Source: a virus
DNA length: 64,000 nucleotides
Virus record (IMG/VR): IMGVR_UViG_3300031576_000009
Span: 1-64,000 of that record
Direction: 5' to 3' (one strand)
The notes below the pieces were generated by a model that did not search any database, was not told the DNA's origin, and saw only the letters and a list, made by a program, of their open reading frames with translations. Both the position numbers and the translations under genes were made by a program. Shown here piece by piece: positions 29,168 through 37,845 of the stretch (its first letter is position 1; each line of letters begins with the position of its first letter).

Positions 29168-29449
29168 TTACTGCTTCCTGTTGAGCTGATCGCGCACCGA
29201 CTTCCCAATCTGCGCGCCCGCGACGCCCAGCGCGGGCGACAGTGCGATGACTTCGGGAGTCGCACCGGCCATCGATGTTCCGATACCTGCGATGATGGCA
29301 CCCAGGATGCCATTGACGAGCGGCACCACGGGATTCGGCAGCTTCCCGAAGGCCTGCTCACTTCCCTTCTTGACCACCGCGGTCAGGAGTGGGCTGAAGG
29401 ATGAGAGCAGGATAGGGATCAACGGAGTGAAGAAAGCAGACCAGTCCAT
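29168..29449 (-). CDS. putative holin
   Basis: 93 aa with 2-3 hydrophobic segments and a basic C-terminus, near the endolysin; GGAG RBS. Confidence 0.65.
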   Translation of the reverse strand: MDWSAFFTPLIPILLSSFSPLLTAVVKKGSEQAFGKLPNPVVPLVNGILGAIIAGIGTSMAGATPEVIALSPALGVAGAQIGKSVRDQLNRKQ

Positions 29450-29463
29450 GATTCGTCTCCAAT

Positions 29464-29577
29464 TCACTCTCTGATTCGGAACAACCGACCGCACTGCACG
29501 CACTTCACGATGCCCATCAATCGATCGATGATGAGGCACTTGAACGAAGCGCACTTGGGATCGGGGCAACGGATCAT
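29464..29577 (-). CDS. 37-aa Zn-ribbon peptide
   Basis: MIRCPDPKC...KCVQCGRLF; GGAGG RBS and ATGA overlap. Confidence 0.55.
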   Translation of the reverse strand: MIRCPDPKCASFKCLIIDRLMGIVKCVQCGRLFRIRE

Positions 29578-30020
29578 GGATGTACCTCCTCAGGAAGAAC
29601 AGGCCACCGGTACACAAGCACGCGATGAATCGGGAACGTGGCGATCGAGACCGCATCCCCCTGATTGCCGCCCAGGAGCCACAATCGACCCTTCTCGTCC
29701 CTGTCGATCAGGAAGCCAACATGTCCCCGCGTAGTCGAATCCCCGCGGCTGAGTACCACGATCGAACCGTACTGAATCGTCTCCGGCGGCTTGCCCCATG
29801 CTGCCCACGAGCGCGCTGCCGCCGAACGCGTGCTCTTGATGCCGGCTCGCTCCATCACCCAGCAGGCGAATGCCGAACACCACGCGACCTCGTCATACGT
29901 GGCCTTGAGCGTCGTTTCCTGATGATAGGCCACGATGCGAGGATTGTCGCCCGAACCGACGATCTCGCGAACGCCGAGCTCATTCAGCGCTTCCCACATC
30001 CAGGGCGCAGACTGGCTCAC
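29574..30020 (-). CDS. endolysin / cell-wall peptidase, TIGR02594 (NlpC/P60-CHAP-like)
   Basis: PWM..A..ELGVREI.G..NPRI...DEVAWCSAF...SAAARSW...GHVGF...LGGNQ. Confidence 0.9.
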   Translation of the reverse strand: MSQSAPWMWEALNELGVREIVGSGDNPRIVAYHQETTLKATYDEVAWCSAFACWVMERAGIKSTRSAAARSWAAWGKPPETIQYGSIVVLSRGDSTTRGHVGFLIDRDEKGRLWLLGGNQGDAVSIATFPIHRVLVYRWPVLPEEVHP

Positions 30021-30322
30021 GCGTCCTCCGGGTCCGTCCCGCGGCCGTAGATCACGTCCGCTACCGAGTCGAACTTCGCCACATCGATCAGTCCCGTCTT
30101 GATCAACTCCAGGAGCCCGATCGCCTGAGGAAGGTCACAGCCGCTCGCGATCACGTCTGGGCACTCGTTGTCGTGGATCATGACGACCATGACCTTCTTG
30201 ATGCAGTTCCGGCGAGCGATGAGGTAGTCGAGTACATCAAACACACCCGAGCTCGGCAACAGGCGAATCTTCGCCAGTAGCTGCTGCGTCGGTGCCTTCT
30301 TCTTGCTCGCTGTCTTGCTCAT
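30017..30322 (-). CDS. hypothetical protein
   Basis: ATGA/GTGA overlaps at both ends. Confidence 0.6.
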   Translation of the reverse strand: MSKTASKKKAPTQQLLAKIRLLPSSGVFDVLDYLIARRNCIKKVMVVMIHDNECPDVIASGCDLPQAIGLLELIKTGLIDVAKFDSVADVIYGRGTDPEDA

Positions 30323-32412
30323 GGAACGCTCGCGATGGTCAGGCACTTCTTTGCTCCTGCAGTGTCCAGGAAACAGATTTTGCCGCCGGGAGGCACACAC
30401 CATTCCCCGATACCACACCGTGTGAGCTTCGTGTCCGTCGGACCAGTACCCGGCCCAGTTTCGATCCCCGGAGGGTCGCTCGGCTTGGTGAGCGCCACGA
30501 CCGGATGATCGATGACCATCTGGTTCTGCGGGCTCCACGGCCCGTAGACGACCGGACGCCCGTCACACACACCGCCCTGAGGTTGATAGCCGGGGGCTCG
30601 CCAGTCCGCGATCGCATAGTAGCGCTCCTGACAGGCGCCCGGAGGCGCGGCGACGGCCTCGGTGATGTGCGTGAAGCCAGCACGCTCGACGCAGATGCGG
30701 ATCGTGCCGGTCTCGTCCATGGTGCAGGAACGACGGTTGTCCATGCGCCACACCGGAGGCATCGGCCCCCATTTCGCGCACGCCTGGTGTGTCATGTAGT
30801 CGCAGTTCTCGCCCTCGGCGTCGCAGTTGGTGCCGACCGTCTTGTAGTAGTTGCCGTTACCCGGACCGTTCTTCGGCTCGACCGGGTGCCCCACACAGGT
30901 CTGCTCTCCGGGCTTCCAGTAGACCCCCATGCCGAACATCGAGCCGCGCAGGCTCAAGAGCTGATAGCCGCTGTAGTCCTTGTGACTCTCGGTCTCGACC
31001 TCACCGGCTGTATCGAAGACCTGCACGACCTGGCTGGGCTTCGCCAACTCCAGCACGCGCCAGGAGTAGTAGTCGCTCCCGATGTTCAGCACCATGCGCG
31101 CGTTGTTCCGGTAGGTGCACTTCTGCGGCGCGGGGCATTGGCTGTCGAGCGTGCAGGGCACGTTCTGGAAAAGGTTGTCCTGACAGATGCCGTTGGGCGC
31201 GCTCACCTCGAAGGCACAGCCCCAGGTCGGGTTGGCGGGGTCCTTCGCCGGGCACTGCACCTTGCGTACGAGTCGGTTGATGCCAGGCACCTTGGCACCC
31301 TGCGAGATGCCGCCGTTGTCGGGGTTCTTCTGCGAGAGCGAGAACTCGAAGCCCCAACCCGGAGGGAACTTCCCCTTCGGGCTCAGATAGGCGCGTACCT
31401 TCGGCTTCGTCTTCGGTGCGCCCAGACCCCACGAGCGCATGACGAAGCTCGGAGCATAGCCGAAGTCAGGCATCTCCAGGTTGCCGCGATCGGTGCGACC
31501 ATCAGCCATGCCGTGGATGGCGAAACTGTACCACCCCACGGGATCGCCGTCCTCGTAGCCACGATCCACGAGAAAGCTCTCCTGCCCATTGTCCCCGAAG
31601 TTGTTGCGCTGCGTCGGTCGGTTCAGGGAGTAGTTGCCGAACTCCACGTCGCTCTGATTCTGCGTGGCAGTCCAGCCTCCCAGGCGGAGCACTGCCGTAC
31701 CGTCGGGAATGCCGGCTTCCAGCTCCGCACGGGGAAAGGCGACAGCCGTCCAGATACAGGTACCATCCTGTACACTACCACCGATCCACGGCCAAGATGG
31801 TTCCGGTTCACCGGTCGTGCAGGCGGTATTAGTTCGGAAGGCGGGCTCGTAGTAGCCGTAGGCACGGATGATCCGCGCGCCCGCGGGGTAACTTGCCTCA
31901 GTCTCCCAGAGCGTCGGGATGGCGAGCGGCTGCACCGTACCGGTCGTGCCGGCGGTCTTTACGAGGATGTCGAAACCGATCATCGGCTTTGCGCGGTACT
32001 GATCACCCACCTTCACCGCCGTGTTGCGCGGGATGTCGGGCAGCATGCCGTGGCGTACCACGCCATCGTTGGAGACGCCTGCGATCCAGCGCCCCTGAGA
32101 GTTCACGATCCCGAGGACGGGGAAGCCAGGACCTGCCTGGTTCGGCGAGATGCGGAGAAGGTCCGCTGGGCCGCCACCGCTTGGCGGACAGGCCGGGCAG
32201 ACACCCGGATCACCCTTCGACCCCTGTGCACCTGTGAGCCCGGTGTCACCCTTCGGCCCTACGGGACCAGGCGGGCAGGTTGGTGGACAGGTTGTCGGAA
32301 GACAGGCACGAATCTTCGTGCAGCAATTCGTGAGCCTGTTACAGTCGAACGGAGCGGCATCGACCTGCCCATGGGTCAGCCCGAGCGCGAGTAGCGCTAG
32401 CAGTAGTCGCAT
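30319..32412 (-). CDS. secreted Cys-rich protein with collagen-like repeat (697 aa)
   Basis: signal peptide MRLLLALLALGLTHGQVDA; GPVGPKGDTGLTGAQGSKGDPG; many Cys. Confidence 0.8.
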   Translation of the reverse strand: MRLLLALLALGLTHGQVDAAPFDCNRLTNCCTKIRACLPTTCPPTCPPGPVGPKGDTGLTGAQGSKGDPGVCPACPPSGGGPADLLRISPNQAGPGFPVLGIVNSQGRWIAGVSNDGVVRHGMLPDIPRNTAVKVGDQYRAKPMIGFDILVKTAGTTGTVQPLAIPTLWETEASYPAGARIIRAYGYYEPAFRTNTACTTGEPEPSWPWIGGSVQDGTCIWTAVAFPRAELEAGIPDGTAVLRLGGWTATQNQSDVEFGNYSLNRPTQRNNFGDNGQESFLVDRGYEDGDPVGWYSFAIHGMADGRTDRGNLEMPDFGYAPSFVMRSWGLGAPKTKPKVRAYLSPKGKFPPGWGFEFSLSQKNPDNGGISQGAKVPGINRLVRKVQCPAKDPANPTWGCAFEVSAPNGICQDNLFQNVPCTLDSQCPAPQKCTYRNNARMVLNIGSDYYSWRVLELAKPSQVVQVFDTAGEVETESHKDYSGYQLLSLRGSMFGMGVYWKPGEQTCVGHPVEPKNGPGNGNYYKTVGTNCDAEGENCDYMTHQACAKWGPMPPVWRMDNRRSCTMDETGTIRICVERAGFTHITEAVAAPPGACQERYYAIADWRAPGYQPQGGVCDGRPVVYGPWSPQNQMVIDHPVVALTKPSDPPGIETGPGTGPTDTKLTRCGIGEWCVPPGGKICFLDTAGAKKCLTIASVP

Positions 32413-32672
32413 CAGTTGTCCCTCCCGCGACCCTGCTGCTTCTCCAGCTTCTTCACCTGACCCGCAGGCATCTTGCGCGCTTCGTCCAGCACGTCACGCA
32501 TCTCCTCACCCTTTGGCTGGCGCCCATGCTGCTTGACGAACTCCTCCTCGGCGGCGCGCAGCTTCCGCTGCATGCCCATGAGCGTCGTGCTCGTACTCGT
32601 ACTCGTCGTAGTGCTCGTCTCGGCGAGTGCCGACGACACGAGTACCAATACGCACAACAGGATGCGGATCAT
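32412..32672 (-). CDS. small secreted protein with Thr/Ser tract
   Basis: MIRILLCVLVLVSSALA|ETSTTTSTSTSTT; GGAGG RBS. Confidence 0.7.
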   Translation of the reverse strand: MIRILLCVLVLVSSALAETSTTTSTSTSTTLMGMQRKLRAAEEEFVKQHGRQPKGEEMRDVLDEARKMPAGQVKKLEKQQGRGRDN

Positions 32673-32890
32673 GAACCCCTCCTCCGGGCAGTACCCTGCA
32701 GCACAGCCGTGGCGGTCGCGTATGCCCGGGACTTTGACCACCGCGGGTTCTTCTTCATCAGCTTGATCGCCAAGGTCTCCCGCGCGATCCGCGCGGTCGA
32801 TCCTTTGTTGAAGTGTGCTCCACGACGTACCGCACTTTTTCCCCGATGAATCACCGCGCGCTGTGCGCTCTGACTTCGTGGAACTGGCAT
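32669..32890 (-). CDS. small basic protein (degenerate motif SAQRAVI)
   Basis: TGATG/ATGA overlaps; Arg/Lys-rich. Confidence 0.6.
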   Translation of the reverse strand: MPVPRSQSAQRAVIHRGKSAVRRGAHFNKGSTARIARETLAIKLMKKNPRWSKSRAYATATAVLQGTARRRGS

Positions 32891-33216
32891 CACTCTGCTC
32901 CCAGTTGCACCGGCCATCGTGGGCGGAACGTTCCTTCCGGCTCCGACACGTCACGAATGTTGCCGGCGATGAACGAATGAATCTGTCCCGCGCCGTGCAG
33001 CGTATCGCTCGCGTACACCATGAGTCGCCCGGAGGTCCGGTGCGGTTTGATCTCATACGGTCTGATCTCCCGTTCGACAACACTCCCGTCCTTCTTCCGG
33101 TACTCGATCGTGACCCGCTGCGGCGGCTCCATCCCACCCGCATGCTCGATCGCGTCGAGCTCATGCCGCTGCCGCACGCGAACAAAGGCGGAGACGAGGC
33201 GCTTCGAGAAGGTCAG
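32890..33216 (-). CDS. stand-alone WYL-domain protein (start uncertain: CTG 33216 or GTG 33177)
   Basis: VTIEYRKKDGSVVEREIRPYEI...VYA.D......HSFIAGNI. Confidence 0.75.
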   Translation of the reverse strand: MTFSKRLVSAFVRVRQRHELDAIEHAGGMEPPQRVTIEYRKKDGSVVEREIRPYEIKPHRTSGRLMVYASDTLHGAGQIHSFIAGNIRDVSEPEGTFRPRWPVQLGAE

Positions 33217-34394
33217 AGCTTCCTCCCGTACAGGCGATAGAACTCCTCGACGGCTGCCGTCTCAGGATGGTTCGCACGGCGCAAGCGCCGGATGAGGGAC
33301 GTAGGGTTTGAGGCTGCCCTGCCGTAACGTGTGAGTGGAACGTTCATACCACCAAACGACCACGGGGATTCGGTCGCCCGGCGATAGACCGTCTTCCGCT
33401 CTCCGAGATCGATCTCCCTGTAGTTGACACGCTTGATCCGCGACAGGATTGCCGCCGGCTTCGACGCCTTGCTGATTGCCACCTTAGTGGTCGTCGCTCG
33501 CTGCACACTGCGCGACGGCAAGGCGATGCGTTCGCGGGGAATGGTACTTGTACGTTGAAGCTCACGCAGAACAGTCCGGTGTCGTTCCGTAATACTCGGA
33601 GCTGACGAGATGGTGCGAAGATGCTGTACTGTATCAACTAGCCGAGCAGGAACACGATAATACATGCGTCCCTCTTTCTCAAACCGTGGTAGCCCACGGC
33701 GCACACCGGACAGCATCTGACCCACGGCGCGGCGCTCTCGCTCGATGATCGCCGGCAGTCCTCGCCCCTTGAAAACGATCGAGGGATTGGTCGTGATCTG
33801 CTTCGGTATTCCCCGCCGTCCCTCCAGTGCACGGCTGCCCAGCAGGGCGATCGGACCGCCCGCCACGTAGCCAAGCATCCCATGCACGCGCGTGAGCGCG
33901 GCCATGTTGGGCACCATGTAGAGCGAGCGACCACCGGGCCACATATCACCGGGGTAATCGGTACCAAGCCGGCGAGTTACTGCACGGCCGACCCGCTTGA
34001 CCAACTCGTTCGTCTGCCCTGAGAGCGCGCCCTGCTGCAGCGCGGTCCGCTTGCGTCCGAGCCAGCCACGGTAGGCCTGCTTCGCAAGCTCCTTTCCTTC
34101 ATCCGTCGTGCGGCGGATGCGCTTATCGAGGAAGAGGTGGAAGTCACCGACGAACTCGGTGAGCGGGCGCTTCACGTTGACGAAGCGGTTGACGAGTGAG
34201 CTGACCCGTACGCCCTTGACCGGACCACCGATTAGCATCCGCGCCAGGGACATCGATCCCGCTCGGCGCGCTCCCGCTCGCGCAAGGACGGCGCTGGAGT
34301 ATGCAGACTTCGCCCAGATCGCTCGCCACTGCGCCGCCGTCAGGCGGCGGTGCCGCGAAAGCATACGCTGGGTCCGTGAGAGTACCGCCATCAT
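33213..34394 (-). CDS. Arg-rich protein, motif family (QWRAIWAK)
   Basis: 393 aa, very basic; motif near the N-terminus; coupled overlaps. Confidence 0.75.
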   Translation of the reverse strand: MMAVLSRTQRMLSRHRRLTAAQWRAIWAKSAYSSAVLARAGARRAGSMSLARMLIGGPVKGVRVSSLVNRFVNVKRPLTEFVGDFHLFLDKRIRRTTDEGKELAKQAYRGWLGRKRTALQQGALSGQTNELVKRVGRAVTRRLGTDYPGDMWPGGRSLYMVPNMAALTRVHGMLGYVAGGPIALLGSRALEGRRGIPKQITTNPSIVFKGRGLPAIIERERRAVGQMLSGVRRGLPRFEKEGRMYYRVPARLVDTVQHLRTISSAPSITERHRTVLRELQRTSTIPRERIALPSRSVQRATTTKVAISKASKPAAILSRIKRVNYREIDLGERKTVYRRATESPWSFGGMNVPLTRYGRAASNPTSLIRRLRRANHPETAAVEEFYRLYGRKL

Positions 34395-35131
34395 AGCGAC
34401 GACTTCCGGTAGTTCCTCCGCGCCACCTGAAAGGTGCGCGCGAGCTCCAGGCGCCGAGACCGAATGCGGTTCACAACCGCCCGCTTTAGTGCCCGACGGG
34501 CACGATCATCAATCGTGATCCGACTGATCGCACTCTCCATTGGCGGCACTACCCCACGCCATTGTCCTGCTGCCCGCCGTACGGAGTCGGCCGAGATGCG
34601 AAAGTGCCGCATCACTTCCGCCTGTGTGTCGCTCAGCGGGCTACCGAACGCCGCACTGCGGATCGCCTTCGCGATCGGGCGCGAGGCCTTGTTGATGGCT
34701 GTCTTTCCGAACTGATAGGCGGCCTTCTGCGCATCGTCGGCCATCGATTCGAGTGGACGCTCGACATCGAGTGGCGAGGCGCGCTTGTGGAGCTTCCACC
34801 ACGGGGCAGTCGGATCGCCGGGGATCGCCTCCTTGGCGAACTTCCGACGAAGCACGTCGTGGAGAAGCTTCTTCAGCTTCCCAACGAGCACATCCTGTGT
34901 CCGCCAAGGCTCATTCGCCTCGAAGTGCTGGGTGAAGCCGACGACACGCTTCCCACCTTCGAAGTTCGGACGGACCGCTTCACCCAGACCGCTGGAGATA
35001 CCGGTGAACTTCTCCTTCGCCACGCCAACGATCGCGGCGACACGACCGTAGCGCGCGACACGCTGCGCAGCCTTGGCGAAGATAGCCCGCCACTGCTGAC
35101 GCGTGATCAGATGTCGGGCAGCGCTGAGCAT
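34391..35131 (-). CDS. Arg-rich protein, motif family (QQWRAIFAK)
   Basis: 246 aa; N-terminal motif. Confidence 0.75.
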   Translation of the reverse strand: MLSAARHLITRQQWRAIFAKAAQRVARYGRVAAIVGVAKEKFTGISSGLGEAVRPNFEGGKRVVGFTQHFEANEPWRTQDVLVGKLKKLLHDVLRRKFAKEAIPGDPTAPWWKLHKRASPLDVERPLESMADDAQKAAYQFGKTAINKASRPIAKAIRSAAFGSPLSDTQAEVMRHFRISADSVRRAAGQWRGVVPPMESAISRITIDDRARRALKRAVVNRIRSRRLELARTFQVARRNYRKSSL

Positions 35132-35134
35132 CGA

Positions 35135-35836
35135 TCAGTCGACGCGCTCCCGCGCCCGTGTAGCCCGCTGCCGTTCGAGCTCGCGAGCGATCCGCCGGTA
35201 CTCACTCTTATAGTGCGCGAGCTGCATCCCGCCCTCGTTCTCCATCGTCTTCAGGAGGTTGGTCATGTGCTCGGCCATGATCGCCTGCCCGAGCGGCGAA
35301 TTTTCCTGGCCGATGCGGCGGAGATTGTCGCGGAGCGACTTCACCTCGCTCAGGATGTGCTCGCGTTCGAAGCCGCGGCGGAGCTTGCTCCGCCGCTCGA
35401 TCGGATTCGTGAGCAGGCCCATGCGAGGCTCACCGCCCGTGATAATGGTCTGGATCGCCCCGAGGGGACGACGCAGACGCTTCCGCAGCGCCTCTTCGCG
35501 GGCAACGCTGCGCTCTGCGAGATGGCGCTCGGCCTCCCGTGCGAGATAGTCGAGCCCCCAGGAGATTGGGAGCTCAGTGACCTTCGCGGCCGTCGAGGCG
35601 ATCCGGGTCGCAACATCCGACACGTCCGCTGCCGCCACGCGCGCTTTGGCCTTCTCCTTCTGCATGGCGGCGTACCGCTTCGCACCACCAGGCGCTCCCA
35701 AGATGTACTTGCCGCCTCTGGCTGCGGTGCGACCGACGGCCGCGGCGCTCACACGAATCGGCACGGCGATACGACGCCCGCCGTGCCGAATGGTTCGCCA
35801 GATGACTCCCTCTCGCTTGGTCGACTCGTCTGCCAC
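35135..35836 (-). CDS. Arg-rich protein with N-terminal WRTIRHGGRRIAVPI motif
   Basis: AGGAG RBS + GTG; 233 aa. Confidence 0.7.
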   Translation of the reverse strand: MADESTKREGVIWRTIRHGGRRIAVPIRVSAAAVGRTAARGGKYILGAPGGAKRYAAMQKEKAKARVAAADVSDVATRIASTAAKVTELPISWGLDYLAREAERHLAERSVAREEALRKRLRRPLGAIQTIITGGEPRMGLLTNPIERRSKLRRGFEREHILSEVKSLRDNLRRIGQENSPLGQAIMAEHMTNLLKTMENEGGMQLAHYKSEYRRIARELERQRATRARERVD

Positions 35837-35845
35837 AGTAGACTC

Positions 35846-36535
35846 CTAATAGTCGTGCTGCCGCTGGATCACTCCGGCGACGCGCGGATCGTACGTGGGG
35901 CGATGTGGACGGCTGACGACCACCGGCGCCGAGTACTGTTCGATGCCGCGCTGCAGCTGCGTCCGATGGCGTACCTTCGAGCGCGCACGCGTGTAGAGCC
36001 TGTAGCCGATGTGTCCGGCACCGATGACCGGCAGTGCGGTTGCGGCGAATCCGGCTGCTCCGCGCACGCGGCGCAGGTATGTGAACGCGGACTGCATCGC
36101 TTCGCGCCCTCCTCCAGGAGCAATGAACGCCCGGTGGATGGAGGCCTTCCCCTGCCACGCCCGCTTCGCGGCCAGCATGGCGGCATGTGTTGCCGTGTTC
36201 GCAGTGTCGCCTACACGAGCGGCGCCAACGGCTTCGTAGAGCGATCGCGCGATCCGCGGAGCGCGCATGGTCGCGACATACGTCTTGCGCAGAACCTGCG
36301 TCCGTCCCCGGAACGTTCGGGACAGCCGATGCGCCCCATAGGCAGCGAGCCCGTATCGCGCCGCGATGGGCACTTCCGGATAGTCCCGGTCCGGGTTGGC
36401 GGCGATGAGCCCGACTGTTCCGATGGCCACGCGCCGATGCACGGTCGGTGAGCGCACGAAGCCGCCGAACTTCTCCCGTGCCAGCCGGAGTGCGATCGCA
36501 ACCGCAGCTCTTTGTTGTTGGTTCACGAATCGCAT
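35846..36535 (-). CDS. Arg/Ala-rich protein, motif family (QQQRAAVAI)
   Basis: GAGG RBS; hydrophobic Gly/Ala segments. Confidence 0.75.
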   Translation of the reverse strand: MRFVNQQQRAAVAIALRLAREKFGGFVRSPTVHRRVAIGTVGLIAANPDRDYPEVPIAARYGLAAYGAHRLSRTFRGRTQVLRKTYVATMRAPRIARSLYEAVGAARVGDTANTATHAAMLAAKRAWQGKASIHRAFIAPGGGREAMQSAFTYLRRVRGAAGFAATALPVIGAGHIGYRLYTRARSKVRHRTQLQRGIEQYSAPVVVSRPHRPTYDPRVAGVIQRQHDY

Positions 36536-36538
36536 GCG

Positions 36539-36805
36539 TTACCTCACGTGCACCACTGGTGCGCGGACCTTCTGGAACGGCCGCTGGAAGCGGAACAGCC
36601 GCTCCCGAAGTATTCTACTCACTCGCCGGATTGTTAGCACGTCGCCCATCCGAGCTCCGAGACGGATGATAGGATGTCGCAGCACACGAGCAGCGACAAC
36701 CGCAGCCCCAAGGCTCGCGAGCTTGATGTTCCGACGGCGCCGGGCTCGTCGATTACGGATCGAGGCCATCACAGCCCGACGCTGTTCATCCGAAGTGAAG
36801 CGCAT
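36539..36805 (-). CDS. Arg-rich protein, motif family (DEQRRAVMAS)
   Basis: TGATG overlap; RNRRARRRR tract followed by a hydrophobic stretch. Confidence 0.7.
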   Translation of the reverse strand: MRFTSDEQRRAVMASIRNRRARRRRNIKLASLGAAVVAARVLRHPIIRLGARMGDVLTIRRVSRILRERLFRFQRPFQKVRAPVVHVR

Positions 36806-36975
36806 CACGGACCTGTACGGAACCGTTCTGGCATTCCCGATGCGAATGCCGTGCGATTAGCTCCTTTCATCACCGAGGGCCCACTGGTACGGAATAGCGG
36901 CTTCGCCTTCTTGGGACCCGATTGCTTGCGTCGGATCGTCTTGATCGAGGTCATGTACTTCCGTGGCGTGAACAT
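36805..36975 (-). CDS. 56-aa basic protein
   Basis: MFTPRKYMTSIKTIRRKQSGPKKAKP...; TGATG overlaps at both ends. Confidence 0.55.
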   Translation of the reverse strand: MFTPRKYMTSIKTIRRKQSGPKKAKPLFRTSGPSVMKGANRTAFASGMPERFRTGP

Positions 36976-36994
36976 CAGCGTCCCACCCTCGTCT

Positions 36995-37597
36995 TCATGC
37001 CGCTCTCCTCATCTTCGCGAACTCACTCACGGTGACGTACTGATTCAACCGCTTGATTGCCCGCTGTTGAATCTTCTTAATGCGCAACGGCTTCATACGC
37101 AACCGCTGGGCGACGGCCTTCGCGGGCAAATCCTGCAGCACTCGGAGTTGCAGTACTCGCCGTTCTTGGAGTGGGAGACGGCGCAGGAGCTGCTGCACGT
37201 GCACGCGGGACTCGACCGCACCGATCCCACCATCATCGGCGTGGCGTCCGCCGTGCACCTCGGGAGCAAACTCGACAGTCGACGGGAGCGGGCCAAGCGC
37301 CGCGAGCTTCTTGATGTGCCGCTCCGGGACGCGTACGGTCGTCTTCTGAATCTCGCGCAGGACCCGATTGCGGATCGCGATTACCGCCCCGGTCGAGAAG
37401 CGCGTGCTCCGGCGTGGGTTGTAGCGGCGGGCGAACTCCAAGAGCCCCACATTTCCGGCCGAGATCAGGTCTTCGCGCATGCCCTCGATACGTGGGCCGA
37501 ACTTGCGCATGTGCTGCCCCACGACCTTGTGGACGAGCCCCTGGTTATGCTCCGCCAGGCGGGCGAATATGGCCCGACGCTGCCGATCGGACATCAT
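36995..37597 (-). CDS. sigma70-family sigma factor (regions 2 and 4) with N-terminal QRRAIFARL motif; may start at GTG 37654
   Basis: HNQGLVHKVV...EDLISAGNVGLLEFARRYNP...RFST; region 4 LPLQERRVLQLR...AVAQRL...IQQRAIKRL. Confidence 0.88.
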   Translation of the reverse strand: MMSDRQRRAIFARLAEHNQGLVHKVVGQHMRKFGPRIEGMREDLISAGNVGLLEFARRYNPRRSTRFSTGAVIAIRNRVLREIQKTTVRVPERHIKKLAALGPLPSTVEFAPEVHGGRHADDGGIGAVESRVHVQQLLRRLPLQERRVLQLRVLQDLPAKAVAQRLRMKPLRIKKIQQRAIKRLNQYVTVSEFAKMRRAA

Positions 37598-37650
37598 CTT
37601 CCGACGACCGAGCCGGCGTGCTCCCATACGGCGAATGGCGGCCTGGCGTC

Positions 37651-37845
37651 TCACGTCTTGTCCTTCTTCTCCTCCGGCGGAGGGTGCTCCGTGAGCAAAC
37701 GCTCCAGCTGCGCGATCTGCGCCATCTCGATCCGCACGTTCATGCGATTGATCAGTTTGATCGCGATCGGCTTGCCGACGTGCTTCGCCACGCGATTGAA
37801 GTGGATCGCACGGAGTAGGTTTGATCGGTGTGGTTCGTTCATCAT
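37651..37845 (-). CDS. hypothetical protein (64 aa)
   Basis: GAGGTGG RBS, ATGA overlap. Confidence 0.55.
   Translation of the reverse strand: MMNEPHRSNLLRAIHFNRVAKHVGKPIAIKLINRMNVRIEMAQIAQLERLLTEHPPPEEKKDKT

Noticed and set aside
30292-32394. Long plus-strand ORFs (30292..32394, 34562..36451, 36674..37999, 27405..28634, 58264..59382 and others)
   Set aside because: They are antisense shadows of GC-rich minus-strand genes, with no motifs or RBS. The minus-strand genes tile the region with coupled overlaps.
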